Source of the DNA: Pseudomonadota bacterium
GTDB taxonomy: Bacteria > Pseudomonadota > Alphaproteobacteria > UBA11222
Reading direction: 5' to 3'
Assembly: GCA_049323435.1 (NCBI GenBank)
Contig: JBMOMX010000035.1
Coordinates: forward strand, 10,357-74,356
Length of the DNA: 64,000 bases
Below, one piece after another: positions 1 to 7,916 of the stretch (its first letter is position 1; each line of letters starts with the position of its first letter). The notes under the pieces are model-generated. The model was given only the letters and a program-made list of their open reading frames with translations. It had not been told where the DNA came from and searched no databases. The position numbers and the translations under genes are program-made.

Positions 1-1803
1 CCGTGCTGACGCCAACAATCAATTCGGCGGCGCCTTTGCCGCTGATCATCGGCTGCACGGTGAAGCCGTCAATCTGCGCCTCTGGCCGGGTTCGCGCCAT
101 CCGCGCCAGCATTGACGCGGCCGCCGCGCGCACCATATCGGCGCCTTCAAGGCCAAGGGCAACGCCGCCCGCATCCGATTTATGGGTAATGTCGCGCGAC
201 ATGATTTTCAAAGCAACGGGGCCTCCAAAACCACCGGCGATTTCGCCCGCCTCAACCGGATTTTGCGCCACGCGGGTTTCCACCACCGGAATGCCATAAG
301 CCGCCAGAACGCATTTCGCCTCCGCTTCGCTCAGCCATTCGCGCCGCTCGCTGAGCGCCCTGTCTATGATCTCGCGCACCTCGCCGCAATTGGTTGCCTG
401 CAAAACCTCGCCTCCGCTGGCGGGGGTTTGCATCAGCAGATCCTGATTGCGGCGGTAGCGCAGCAGATGACCGAACGCCCGCACCGCATGGGTGGGCGTA
501 TCATAGCTCGGCACGCCCGCCGCGCGAAACAGCGCCCGCGCCGGGCCGGTGCTTGCGCCGCCCAGCCAGCTGGTCAGCACCGGCTTGCGCGTATCATGCA
601 GATTATCCAGCACCGCGCGGGCGGCTTCGCTGCTATTGGCGATGGCCGTCGGGCAATTCAGCACCAGCAGCGCGTCGACATTTTCATCCTCCAGCAATGC
701 GCGGGTGGCCTCGGCATAGCGCGCGCCGGGCGCGTCACCGATAATGTCAACCGGATTGCCATGCGACCAGGTGACCGGCAGCGCCATGTTCAGGCGCGCC
801 AGCGTCGCTTCGGACAGCGCCGCCAGCACGCCGCCATCATCGATAAGTTCGTCCGTTGCCAGCACGCCAATGCCCCCGCCATTGGTAAGAATCGCCAGGC
901 GTTCGCCAATGGGGCGTATCCCGGCGGACAGCGTTTCCACCGCCTCGAACAGTTCATCCAGCACCTTCACCCGCAACATGCCGGCGCGCCGGAACGCCGC
1001 CTCATAGACATCATCCGCTCCGGCCAGCGCGCCGGTGTGCGAGCTTGCCGCTTTCGCGCCTTCCGCATGGCGGCCCGCCTTGATGACGATGACGGGCTTG
1101 ATGCGGGCGCAGGCGCGCGCCGCCGACATGAATTTGCGGGCATGGGTGATGGATTCGACATATAGCAGCACGGCGCTGACATCCGTATCATTGGCGAGAT
1201 AATCCAGCATGTCGCCAAAATCCACATCCGCCATGCCGCCCAGCGACACCATGTGCGAAAAACCAATATTGCGCGATCCCGCCCAGTCCAGCACCGAGGT
1301 CAGCACCGCGCCTGATTGCGTAACAAAGGCCAGCTTGCCGCACAGGGCATTTACCGGAGCGAAACTGGCGTTCAGATTGACGCCGGGAACCAGTATGCCG
1401 ACGCAGTTTGGCCCGATAATGCGCAGCAGATGCGGCTTGGCCGCTTGCAGCACTTGCTGTTGCAGGGCGCGTCCCGCATCGCCCAGTTCGGCAAATCCGG
1501 CGGTGATGACAATGGCGGCTTTGACGCCGCGCCGCCCCAGCGCATCGATCAGCCCGGGCACGGTGGCGGGCGGCGTGCAGATCACCGCCAGGTCCGGCGT
1601 GACGGGCAGGCTTGCCACATCCTTATAGGCGGGGAGTGAGGCAATCATCGTTTCATTGGGATTCACCGGCAGCACCGGCCCGGCAAATCCCTGGCCGAGC
1701 AGATTTTGCATCAGCACCTGACCCACCGAACCTGGCCGCTGGCTGGCCCCGATCAGGGCGATGCTTTTAGGCGCAAACAGAAATTGCAAATTACGCACGG
1801 ACA
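1..1803 (-). CDS. NDP-forming acyl-CoA synthetase / Pat-type protein acetyltransferase family protein. The N-terminal ~600 aa lie in the window; the 3' end runs past the window start.
   Basis: I translated the reverse strand myself. The ORF track omits it because it has no in-window stop. The translation opens MSVRNLQFLFAPKSIALIGAS..., with ATG at 1803. It shows a CoA-binding Rossmann segment, then succinyl-CoA-ligase-like and ATP-grasp-like segments (GPNCVGI, KPVIVIKAGR, HTGALAG). Plus-strand ORFs 182-1165 and 394-744 are Arg/Ala-rich antisense artefacts. Confidence 0.78.
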
Positions 1804-1840
1804 TCGGTACTTGCTCCCATATGCAGGCGCCCGCCCGTGC

Positions 1841-3607
1841 TCACCGCTCCAGCACATACAGGCCCGGCGCATCGCCCAGAGGCGCATAACCCTTTTGCGG
1901 CGCGCCCATTTGCGGCGAACTTACTCTATACCCGGAATGCCGGATCAGCCAGTCCTGCCAGCATAGCCACCAGGAGCCTTCCTGGCGCGGTGTCGCCTGC
2001 TGCCAGCGATCCGGATTTACATAGTTTTCGTCATCTTTTTGCGTCGATATCTGATAATGCTGCCCTGGCTGGCCCGGCGGGTTGACGATGCCCGCATTAT
2101 GGCCGCCATTCGACAGCACAAAGGTTACATCAGAACCAGTGAGCATCTGGATTTTGTAAACAGAACGCCAGGGCGCAACCTGATCCCCGATCGTACTCAC
2201 CGCGAAGATCGGAACCCGTATATCGCGCAGCGATACGGGCCGTCCGTCACACTCATAACGGCCCTCAACCAGATCATTGTCAAGAAACAGATGCCGCAGA
2301 TAGCCCGAATGCATATGAAAAGGCAGGCGCGTTGCATCGGCATTCCAGGCCATAAGATCGTTCATCGGCCGCCGCTGGCCCATCAGATAGGTTTTCACCA
2401 GCGCGGACCAGATCAGATCGTTCGAGCGCAAAAGCTGAAACGCGCCCGCCATCTGGCGCGTGTCGAGATACCCCTGTTCGGCCATCATATCCTCCAGAAA
2501 GCTGACCTGCGCATCGTCAATGAACAGCATCAGCTCTCCGGCCTCGGTGAAATCCGTCTGTGCGGCGAACAGCGTCAGGCTCTGAAGGCGGTCATCCGCA
2601 TCCCTGGCCATGGCGGCGGCGGTAATGGCGAGCAGCGTGCCGCCAATGCAATATCCGGCGGCGTGTATCTTCTGGCCGGGAACGATAGCCGAGATGGCGT
2701 CCAGCGCGGCCATGACGCCAAGCCTGCGGTAATCAACCATGCCCAGATCGCGGTCAGCGCCGGTGGGGTTCTTCCAGGAAATCATAAAAACCGTATGGCC
2801 TTTTTCCGTCAGATATTTTACCAGCGAATTTTCCGGAGAAAGATCGAGGATATAATATTTCATGATCCAGGCGGGGGTGATGAGAATCGGCTCCGCATGC
2901 ACGGTGTCCGCCGCCGGGGCATATTGAATCAGTTCGATCAGCCGGTTGCGGAGCACCACCTTGCCGGGCGTGACCGCCACATTGCGGCCAACCTGAAAGG
3001 CTTCCGCGCCAGCCGGCGGTGCGCCATTCACGGCCCGGCGCCAGTCTTCCCACAAATTGCGTGCGCCAATGACAAAATTCATTCCGCCCTGCCGGATGGT
3101 TTCCTCCAGTATTTCCGGATTTGTCAGCGGGAAATTCATTGGGGAAAGCATGTCAAGCAACTGACGCGCGGTAAAGGCGGTCACATCTTCATGGTGCCGG
3201 GAAACCCCGTCAACCCCTATGGTGGCGTTGTGCCACCATTGCTGCGTCAGCAGAAACCCCTGAGATATGGCGGCGAAGGGCTGTTTGCGCCACGCCTCGC
3301 CGGTGAAGCGGTTGTCAAATGGCAGCGGTTCAATGCATGGTGCGCAGGCAGGATCCGAACTGGCGCGCAGGCAATAGTCGGCGAAGCGCATCGATTTGCG
3401 CAAGGCCTTTATGGCAAGCAGGGCCTGCTTGTCAGGCGATAACAGCAGATGCTGCGCCCAGTCCGTATAGGCCTGCGCCAATGCGGCGGGCGAAATCCCG
3501 GCCGTAAATAACGCCGTGGCGGCGTGCAGCGGACGGTCGAAGGAAAAGGGCAGCCGCTCCGGCGGCTCTTTCCCCAACTGGTTTAATGACGGTGCTCGTT
3601 TTGCCAT
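1841..3607 (-). CDS. phaC: Class I poly(3-hydroxyalkanoate) synthase
   Basis: 588 aa, a typical class I length. Lipase-box GYCIGG is present and the alpha/beta-hydrolase core is conserved. It ends only 37 nt from the start of the acyl-CoA synthetase gene. Confidence 0.93.
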   Translation of the reverse strand: MAKRAPSLNQLGKEPPERLPFSFDRPLHAATALFTAGISPAALAQAYTDWAQHLLLSPDKQALLAIKALRKSMRFADYCLRASSDPACAPCIEPLPFDNRFTGEAWRKQPFAAISQGFLLTQQWWHNATIGVDGVSRHHEDVTAFTARQLLDMLSPMNFPLTNPEILEETIRQGGMNFVIGARNLWEDWRRAVNGAPPAGAEAFQVGRNVAVTPGKVVLRNRLIELIQYAPAADTVHAEPILITPAWIMKYYILDLSPENSLVKYLTEKGHTVFMISWKNPTGADRDLGMVDYRRLGVMAALDAISAIVPGQKIHAAGYCIGGTLLAITAAAMARDADDRLQSLTLFAAQTDFTEAGELMLFIDDAQVSFLEDMMAEQGYLDTRQMAGAFQLLRSNDLIWSALVKTYLMGQRRPMNDLMAWNADATRLPFHMHSGYLRHLFLDNDLVEGRYECDGRPVSLRDIRVPIFAVSTIGDQVAPWRSVYKIQMLTGSDVTFVLSNGGHNAGIVNPPGQPGQHYQISTQKDDENYVNPDRWQQATPRQEGSWWLCWQDWLIRHSGYRVSSPQMGAPQKGYAPLGDAPGLYVLER

Positions 3608-3694
3608 GTCTGATTATAATGTCTAACTTAGCTACGCTTGCAAACGCGGGGACGCAACGGCTGCCCGTAAATACACTGCGCGATCATTTGCGGG

Positions 3695-4285
3695 TCAGCG
3701 CTTTCTGCCACGCGCAGCAGATTTGGAAACAGTGGATGTGCGTTTACCAGCGCCCGTTTTAAGCAATGCCCGGACCTTTTTATTTTTCACCGGCGCGTCA
3801 TCATCATCATCATCATCATCCGTTTCCTCATCGGATGACGCCACATGTAATGTGAACTCTTTCGTTGCATCCGCTATGGCCGTCTCAGCCGCAGTATCGG
3901 CTCTCGCGGCCATATCGCGGACCATGGCCTGGCCACGCTCTTGCAGCCTTTGCGTCAGCTCCAGCCAGCTCCGGGTTTGCCCGGAGAAGCTCTCCATTAT
4001 GTCCGATACAATATTGGATTGGACGTCGATCAGATCCTGCGGCTTGCGCGCGCTGAACAGATCCTGAAAGTAACGCACGCTCCGTTCGCTGGCGGCTTTC
4101 AGCGCCTCGGTCTGGCGGGCCGATGCGTCCTGAACAAGCTTGCTCATATCCGCATTGTGCGCCTGAAATTTTCCGAAAAGGGATTCCATTTCGGATGTAT
4201 TGAAAATGCCGGACTGACCCCAGAAGGCACGCAAGCCGTTAAAGGGATTCATTGCCGCCGGGATGATTTCTGATGGTGCAGTCAT
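3695..4285 (-). CDS. Phasin (PHA granule-associated protein) with a poly-Asp and Lys-rich C-terminal tail
   Basis: The ORF runs to 4339, but AGGGAG sits 7 nt before the ATG at 4285 (MTAPSEIIPAAMNPF...). The body is a helical phasin-type sequence. It ends DDDDDDDD...KNKKVRALLKTGAGKRTSTVSKSAARGRKR. It lies next to phaC. Confidence 0.78.
   Translation of the reverse strand: MTAPSEIIPAAMNPFNGLRAFWGQSGIFNTSEMESLFGKFQAHNADMSKLVQDASARQTEALKAASERSVRYFQDLFSARKPQDLIDVQSNIVSDIMESFSGQTRSWLELTQRLQERGQAMVRDMAARADTAAETAIADATKEFTLHVASSDEETDDDDDDDDAPVKNKKVRALLKTGAGKRTSTVSKSAARGRKR
3798..3820. repeat. (TCA/ATC)7-8 trinucleotide microsatellite encoding the poly-Asp run of the phasin
   Basis: Plus strand reads gtcatcatcatcatcatcatcatcc. 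On the coding (minus) strand this is GAT repeats that give D8. Confidence 0.9.
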
Positions 4286-4425
4286 GATTCGTGCTCCCTG
4301 GTTATAGTTTACGCTTTGTAAGCTTAATGATCCGATCACGGAGCAATAATTTCATTGCCCCTGAATGATGCGAAAATCCTACCGCGCCATCGTGACGTAT
4401 TCGTGACAGGCGCGAATTTTTTCCG

Positions 4426-5436
4426 CTAAAGCAGCAGACTTGCAGTGATAATAAAACTCATTATTGAGAACGTGTCCTGAAGCACGGTGGCGACAGGACC
4501 AGAGCCAAGCGCGGGATCATATCCAAGCCGCGCGAACAGCCACGGCAGCAGAAAACCAATGGAGGTGGCGACGCTGCATGCAATAACCAGTGCTATCGCA
4601 ACAGACGCGCCCAGCGCCAGGCTGCCAAAACCCAGCCAGACCAGCGGCAAAGCCAGCGCCCCTAATGTTACGCCAATCACAATGCCGGTTCCGATCTCGC
4701 CCAGCAATAACTGCCCCATCCGGGCTTGTGTCAGTGACAGGCTTCGCACCGCAACCGATTCCGTCTGTGTTCCGACGGCGTCAGCGAGATAGACAATTGC
4801 GGGAATGAAGAAGGTAATTGCGATATGCGCCGCAAGCAGCGTCTCGAATTGCGATATCATGAGTGTCGCCAGGGCGCTGCCCGCCATACCGGCAAGCAGC
4901 CATGGCAATCTGTACCAGGCGCGCCGGAACGGCGGCGCCGTCAACGCCGCCTGCGCCGCCTCGGATTTTCCCATGATGCCAACAATATGATGCAGATCCT
5001 CAAGATGCTCATCACGCAGGATCAGCATCAGCGCCGCAGCCGGCACGGCGCCAATAAGGCGGCCATTCGCGTCGCAAACCGCCAGCGATGTGGCGTCTGC
5101 GCGGATCGCCAGGCTGGCGGCCAGTTCGCGATCCGTCTGAGGCGAAACGACATGGCTATTGGCAGGGAACATCAGCGCACTGATTATCTTGCTGGAAGGC
5201 GCCGCCAGAAGATCCGTAAGCTTGGCGACGCCCAGCAGCTTTTGGTCTTTATCGATGACAAAAACATGCGATGCATCGGCATAGCGCTGGCCCATAAGCC
5301 GCCCGCGCGCATCGGCGGCGCTTTCATCAGGCCCCGAAATGGGAATATCACGCACAATATAGCGCGCAACGGTTTGAGGATGCGGTGTTTCGTCCGGGGA
5401 GACAATGTCCACCATATTTTCAGACGCTGCTGTCAT
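4426..5436 (-). CDS. MgtE-family Mg2+/divalent-cation transporter, short form (CBS pair plus MgtE membrane domain, no MgtE_N)
   Basis: 336 aa. A CBS-pair region (VFVIDKDQKLLGV..., AVCDANGRLIGAV) is followed by five hydrophobic helices typical of the MgtE transmembrane domain. Confidence 0.82.
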   Translation of the reverse strand: MTAASENMVDIVSPDETPHPQTVARYIVRDIPISGPDESAADARGRLMGQRYADASHVFVIDKDQKLLGVAKLTDLLAAPSSKIISALMFPANSHVVSPQTDRELAASLAIRADATSLAVCDANGRLIGAVPAAALMLILRDEHLEDLHHIVGIMGKSEAAQAALTAPPFRRAWYRLPWLLAGMAGSALATLMISQFETLLAAHIAITFFIPAIVYLADAVGTQTESVAVRSLSLTQARMGQLLLGEIGTGIVIGVTLGALALPLVWLGFGSLALGASVAIALVIACSVATSIGFLLPWLFARLGYDPALGSGPVATVLQDTFSIMSFIITASLLL

Positions 5437-5547
5437 GGCTCACGCGCCACCTTTCATAGAGCCAATGGGGTGGCTTCACCACTATTGCGCCGGTTGATAG
5501 CGCGCCTTCAGGCAGGCTGCTTAAGCAAACTGCATCCTCTCGGAAGC

Positions 5548-5640
5548 GTACCCCCTCCCAACCTCCCCCTTTCAGGGGGAGGAGTCATTCGCCGCAGCGT
5601 CCCCTCCCCTTGGAAAGGGGGGGGGACAGGGAGGGGATCA
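5548..5640. repeat. Compound GC-rich palindromic intergenic element, copy 1
   Basis: Hairpin cctccccctttcagggggagg at 5562-5582 has a 9-bp stem. A second G/C hairpin, cccctcccc...ggaggggatc, follows, and the two are nested inside outer inverted arms. The 21-nt core is identical to the one at 31241-31261. Translation gives the artefactual PFQGEG peptide. Confidence 0.8.
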
Positions 5641-5688
5641 ACGGCACACAAGAAAGCAAGCCGTGTATCAAGCTGATCACAAAATGCT

Positions 5689-6054
5689 CTAGGCGATAGC
5701 CCCAATCAATGCCAGCGCCGACCGCTCGATAATCTTCTCGAGAACGAAGCCCCCGACCAGGCGGGTCGCAATCCTGCCTGTCTCCGAGATCACGTCTGTC
5801 TGCGCCTGCGGCACACCGCCTTCTGGCGTAACGATATTGTGGCCACGCAAATGATCCAGCAGGCCATTATGGCAGATCAGGCGCATATCATAGGTAATCT
5901 TAATGCTGCCGGTAACCGTGCTGGCCTCAACCGTTTTAACACCCTGTAATGCGGAGAGGGTTTCGCACACACGGCCCGCCAACCACTCATCGCGCTTGAT
6001 GGCGTCGCTGCGTACCCTCAGCCGGCCCGGAACATGATGCAGATAATGGACCAC
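5689..6054 (-). CDS. Hypothetical protein with an HMA-like fold lacking CxxC (HxVPGRxRxR motif), paralogue A
   Basis: GTG start with AGGAG 7 nt upstream. It opens VHYLHHVPGRLRVRSD...GVKTVEASTVTGSIKITYD. The predicted b-a-b-b-a-b order matches heavy-metal-associated domains, but Arg residues replace the metal-binding cysteines. The same motif occurs in ORF 6906-7427 and at the N-terminus of the ATPase at 12148. Confidence 0.65.
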   Translation of the reverse strand: MVHYLHHVPGRLRVRSDAIKRDEWLAGRVCETLSALQGVKTVEASTVTGSIKITYDMRLICHNGLLDHLRGHNIVTPEGGVPQAQTDVISETGRIATRLVGGFVLEKIIERSALALIGAIA

Positions 6055-6265
6055 GGTTGCTCCTGTGGTGGTTTAAGTCACGATCCCTCTATGTCAAAAA
6101 TATTTCAGTTTCAGTGTTGGTTTTATGAAGAAATGGTGACGGGCAAAGTGCCGTGGATGCAGCGCAAGCAATAATCCGGCCTTCTCCGATCTGACTGAAT
6201 TGCCGGATTCAATCAGATCGGATATTCCGTATTAGCGGCATGCGCCTGTCTGTGCCGGGTCGTTG

Positions 6266-6913
6266 TTACAGCACGCCATCACGTGGAGGTTGCGGTTTAC
6301 CCTCTGGCAGCAATGCGCCTGCTACACGCTTGACACCGCCCAGGACATTGACCAGCACGCTTTCCACTGCTGACACTGCCGTGTTGCTGATGCTTCCCGC
6401 CGCCTCAAGCGCGCCGTTCGCTGCCGATACGGCCAGATTGCCAACATTGCCGCCAATTTCAGCCGCCGCCTCGACCACGCCCTCCACAACGCGCTTGGCG
6501 ACCGTGCCGACATCGCCGCCAACTTCAGCCGTGCCCTTGACCGCAGTTTTAGCGAGTTCCGCAGCCGCGCCAATAAGATCGCCGCCAACATCACTGACGC
6601 CAAGAATGACGCCCTTGGCGACGCTCTTGGTGGACAGGACCAGTCCGGTGCCGACCTGCTCCGTGGCCTGGATGGTTCCATGGATCACGTCGCGGGCAAC
6701 CCCGAGTGTTTCGGATGTCACCGATTTAGCGGCATGCACCGTGTTGGTGACGGTGCTGCGCGCCAGCGCCACGATCTCAGCCTCGATTTGGTCGATACCG
6801 CGCAGGCTGTTCACGATACCGTCTTTGATCTTGAGGCCAGCCTCGCTGGCCGGCTGCGCGGTTTCATGCATTATCTCGGCTGCTGTTTCTTTAACATGTG
6901 GGGTCTTAACCAT
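6266..6913 (-). CDS. Hypothetical Gly/Ala/Val-rich protein with degenerate ~21-aa tandem repeats
   Basis: The ORF runs to 6994, but the ATG at 6913 has AAGGAG 7 nt upstream (MVKTPHVKE...). The repeats are SDVGGDLIGAAAELAKTAVKGT / AEVGGDVGTVAKRVVEGVVEAA / AEIGGNVGNLAVSAANGALEAA / GSISNTAVSAVESVLVNVLG. I see no recognisable family. Confidence 0.6.
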   Translation of the reverse strand: MVKTPHVKETAAEIMHETAQPASEAGLKIKDGIVNSLRGIDQIEAEIVALARSTVTNTVHAAKSVTSETLGVARDVIHGTIQATEQVGTGLVLSTKSVAKGVILGVSDVGGDLIGAAAELAKTAVKGTAEVGGDVGTVAKRVVEGVVEAAAEIGGNVGNLAVSAANGALEAAGSISNTAVSAVESVLVNVLGGVKRVAGALLPEGKPQPPRDGVL

Positions 6914-7427
6914 CTCTGTCTCCTTGCTGCTGATGTTTACGTTGTGCTTTCCTCCCCTCGCTTCCGCTTCTTTTAGGCGTGGCAACCGGGGCAATAGCCT
7001 CGATTTCCAGCGCCGCTTGATCTGTGTCCGCGTTCAACAGGCTGAACGCGTACCAGAAAAATGTTGCAGCCGGCGCAAGGACATTACCCTGCGCCAGCTG
7101 ATAAAGGCCAAGCCCGATCAATAGCGGCGGCAACAGGCTTCGCAGGTCCAGCGCCGCTATGTCCGTAGACGGTGCAGGCGGTTCCCCGCCAAGCCGGAAC
7201 AGGCCGTGTTGTTCGGCATAGCGCGTTATCGCTTCCGGCTCGGTGGTGTGAATGACCAGCACGCTTCCCGTCATAGGGTTTATTTCCACCGTCTGCACCA
7301 TCTCGCATTTCAACAGCTCCGCGCCTATATGGGCATAAAATTCCCGGTCCCCGCGCCGCGCCGCAATCCGGTAGCGCACTCTTCCAGGCACCTCATGCGT
7401 CAGCGCGGCGGCTGCATCGCCATTCAC
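6906..7427 (-). CDS. Hypothetical protein with an HMA-like fold lacking CxxC, paralogue B
   Basis: GTG start whose codon overlaps the upstream stop as GTGA. It opens ...THEVPGRVRYRIAARRGDREFYAHIGAELLKCEMVQTVEINPMTGSVLVIHT. The C-terminal half is hydrophobic and Pro/Leu-rich. Its stop overlaps the next gene's start by 8 nt. Confidence 0.62.
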   Translation of the reverse strand: MNGDAAAALTHEVPGRVRYRIAARRGDREFYAHIGAELLKCEMVQTVEINPMTGSVLVIHTTEPEAITRYAEQHGLFRLGGEPPAPSTDIAALDLRSLLPPLLIGLGLYQLAQGNVLAPAATFFWYAFSLLNADTDQAALEIEAIAPVATPKRSGSEGRKAQRKHQQQGDRDG

Positions 7428-7792
7428 TGGACCGATCCAGGAAAAATATTATCGGGCTCCTCAGCCGCGGGCTTCGCCGGCTGCTGCCGCGCCGCCTGGG
7501 GCGCCGCCGTGGCGGCCGTCGCTGTGGCTGTGGCGGCCGCCGCCGTCTGCCGCTCTTTCGCCAGTTCCGCATGCGCCTCAGCGGCTGTGTCTTCGATGAA
7601 CTCGCCAAGTTCCGCTGCGGCCTCCCGCCCGCGCTCGAACATCTCAATGCCGGTTTTGAGCAAGGTTTTTGCCACCGGCCGGGCAGCCCGCAGAACGACA
7701 GGAACGATCACCGGTCCCAATACCGCGACACCAAGGCCCACCGCCAAACCAACAACAACGTTTCGCTTCAACATCTCATCAATGATCATCAT
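7424..7792 (-). CDS. Hypothetical small membrane-anchored helical protein with an Ala/Thr low-complexity tail
   Basis: ATGATG start. One N-terminal transmembrane helix (VVVGLAVGLGVAVLGPVIVPVVL) is followed by a charged helical region, then AAAATATATAATAAPQAARQQPAKPAAEEP. Confidence 0.55.
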   Translation of the reverse strand: MMIIDEMLKRNVVVGLAVGLGVAVLGPVIVPVVLRAARPVAKTLLKTGIEMFERGREAAAELGEFIEDTAAEAHAELAKERQTAAAATATATAATAAPQAARQQPAKPAAEEPDNIFPGSVQ

Positions 7793-7916
7793 CTGTAACC
7801 GCCATTCCTTCTCTACTCTCTGCGTTTAGCGTTCGGCGGGGCCTAATTCTGGTTCAGTGATGACCGCCTTGCGCTACAAACTCATGTCAATCCGCCTTCC
7901 AGGCGGAGAAAAGTAT

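Noticed and set aside
182-1165. 327-aa plus-strand ORF (and the nested 394-744 ORF) at the window start
   Set aside because: It is Arg/Ala/Gln-rich with no motifs. It lies antisense to a well-conserved acyl-CoA synthetase reading frame that I translated on the minus strand.
2039-3442. 467-aa plus-strand ORF
   Set aside because: It is entirely antisense to phaC. High GC routinely produces long spurious antisense ORFs, and it has no recognisable domains.
3608-3694. Near-palindrome gcttgcaaacgc between phasin and phaC, as a possible PhaR operator
   Set aside because: The palindrome is imperfect. I cannot tie it to a defined PhaR consensus from memory.
6240-7124. 294-aa plus-strand Pro/Thr/Ser-rich ORF
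   Set aside because: It is antisense to the repeat-protein and HMA-like B genes, which have proper RBS and overlap-coupling.
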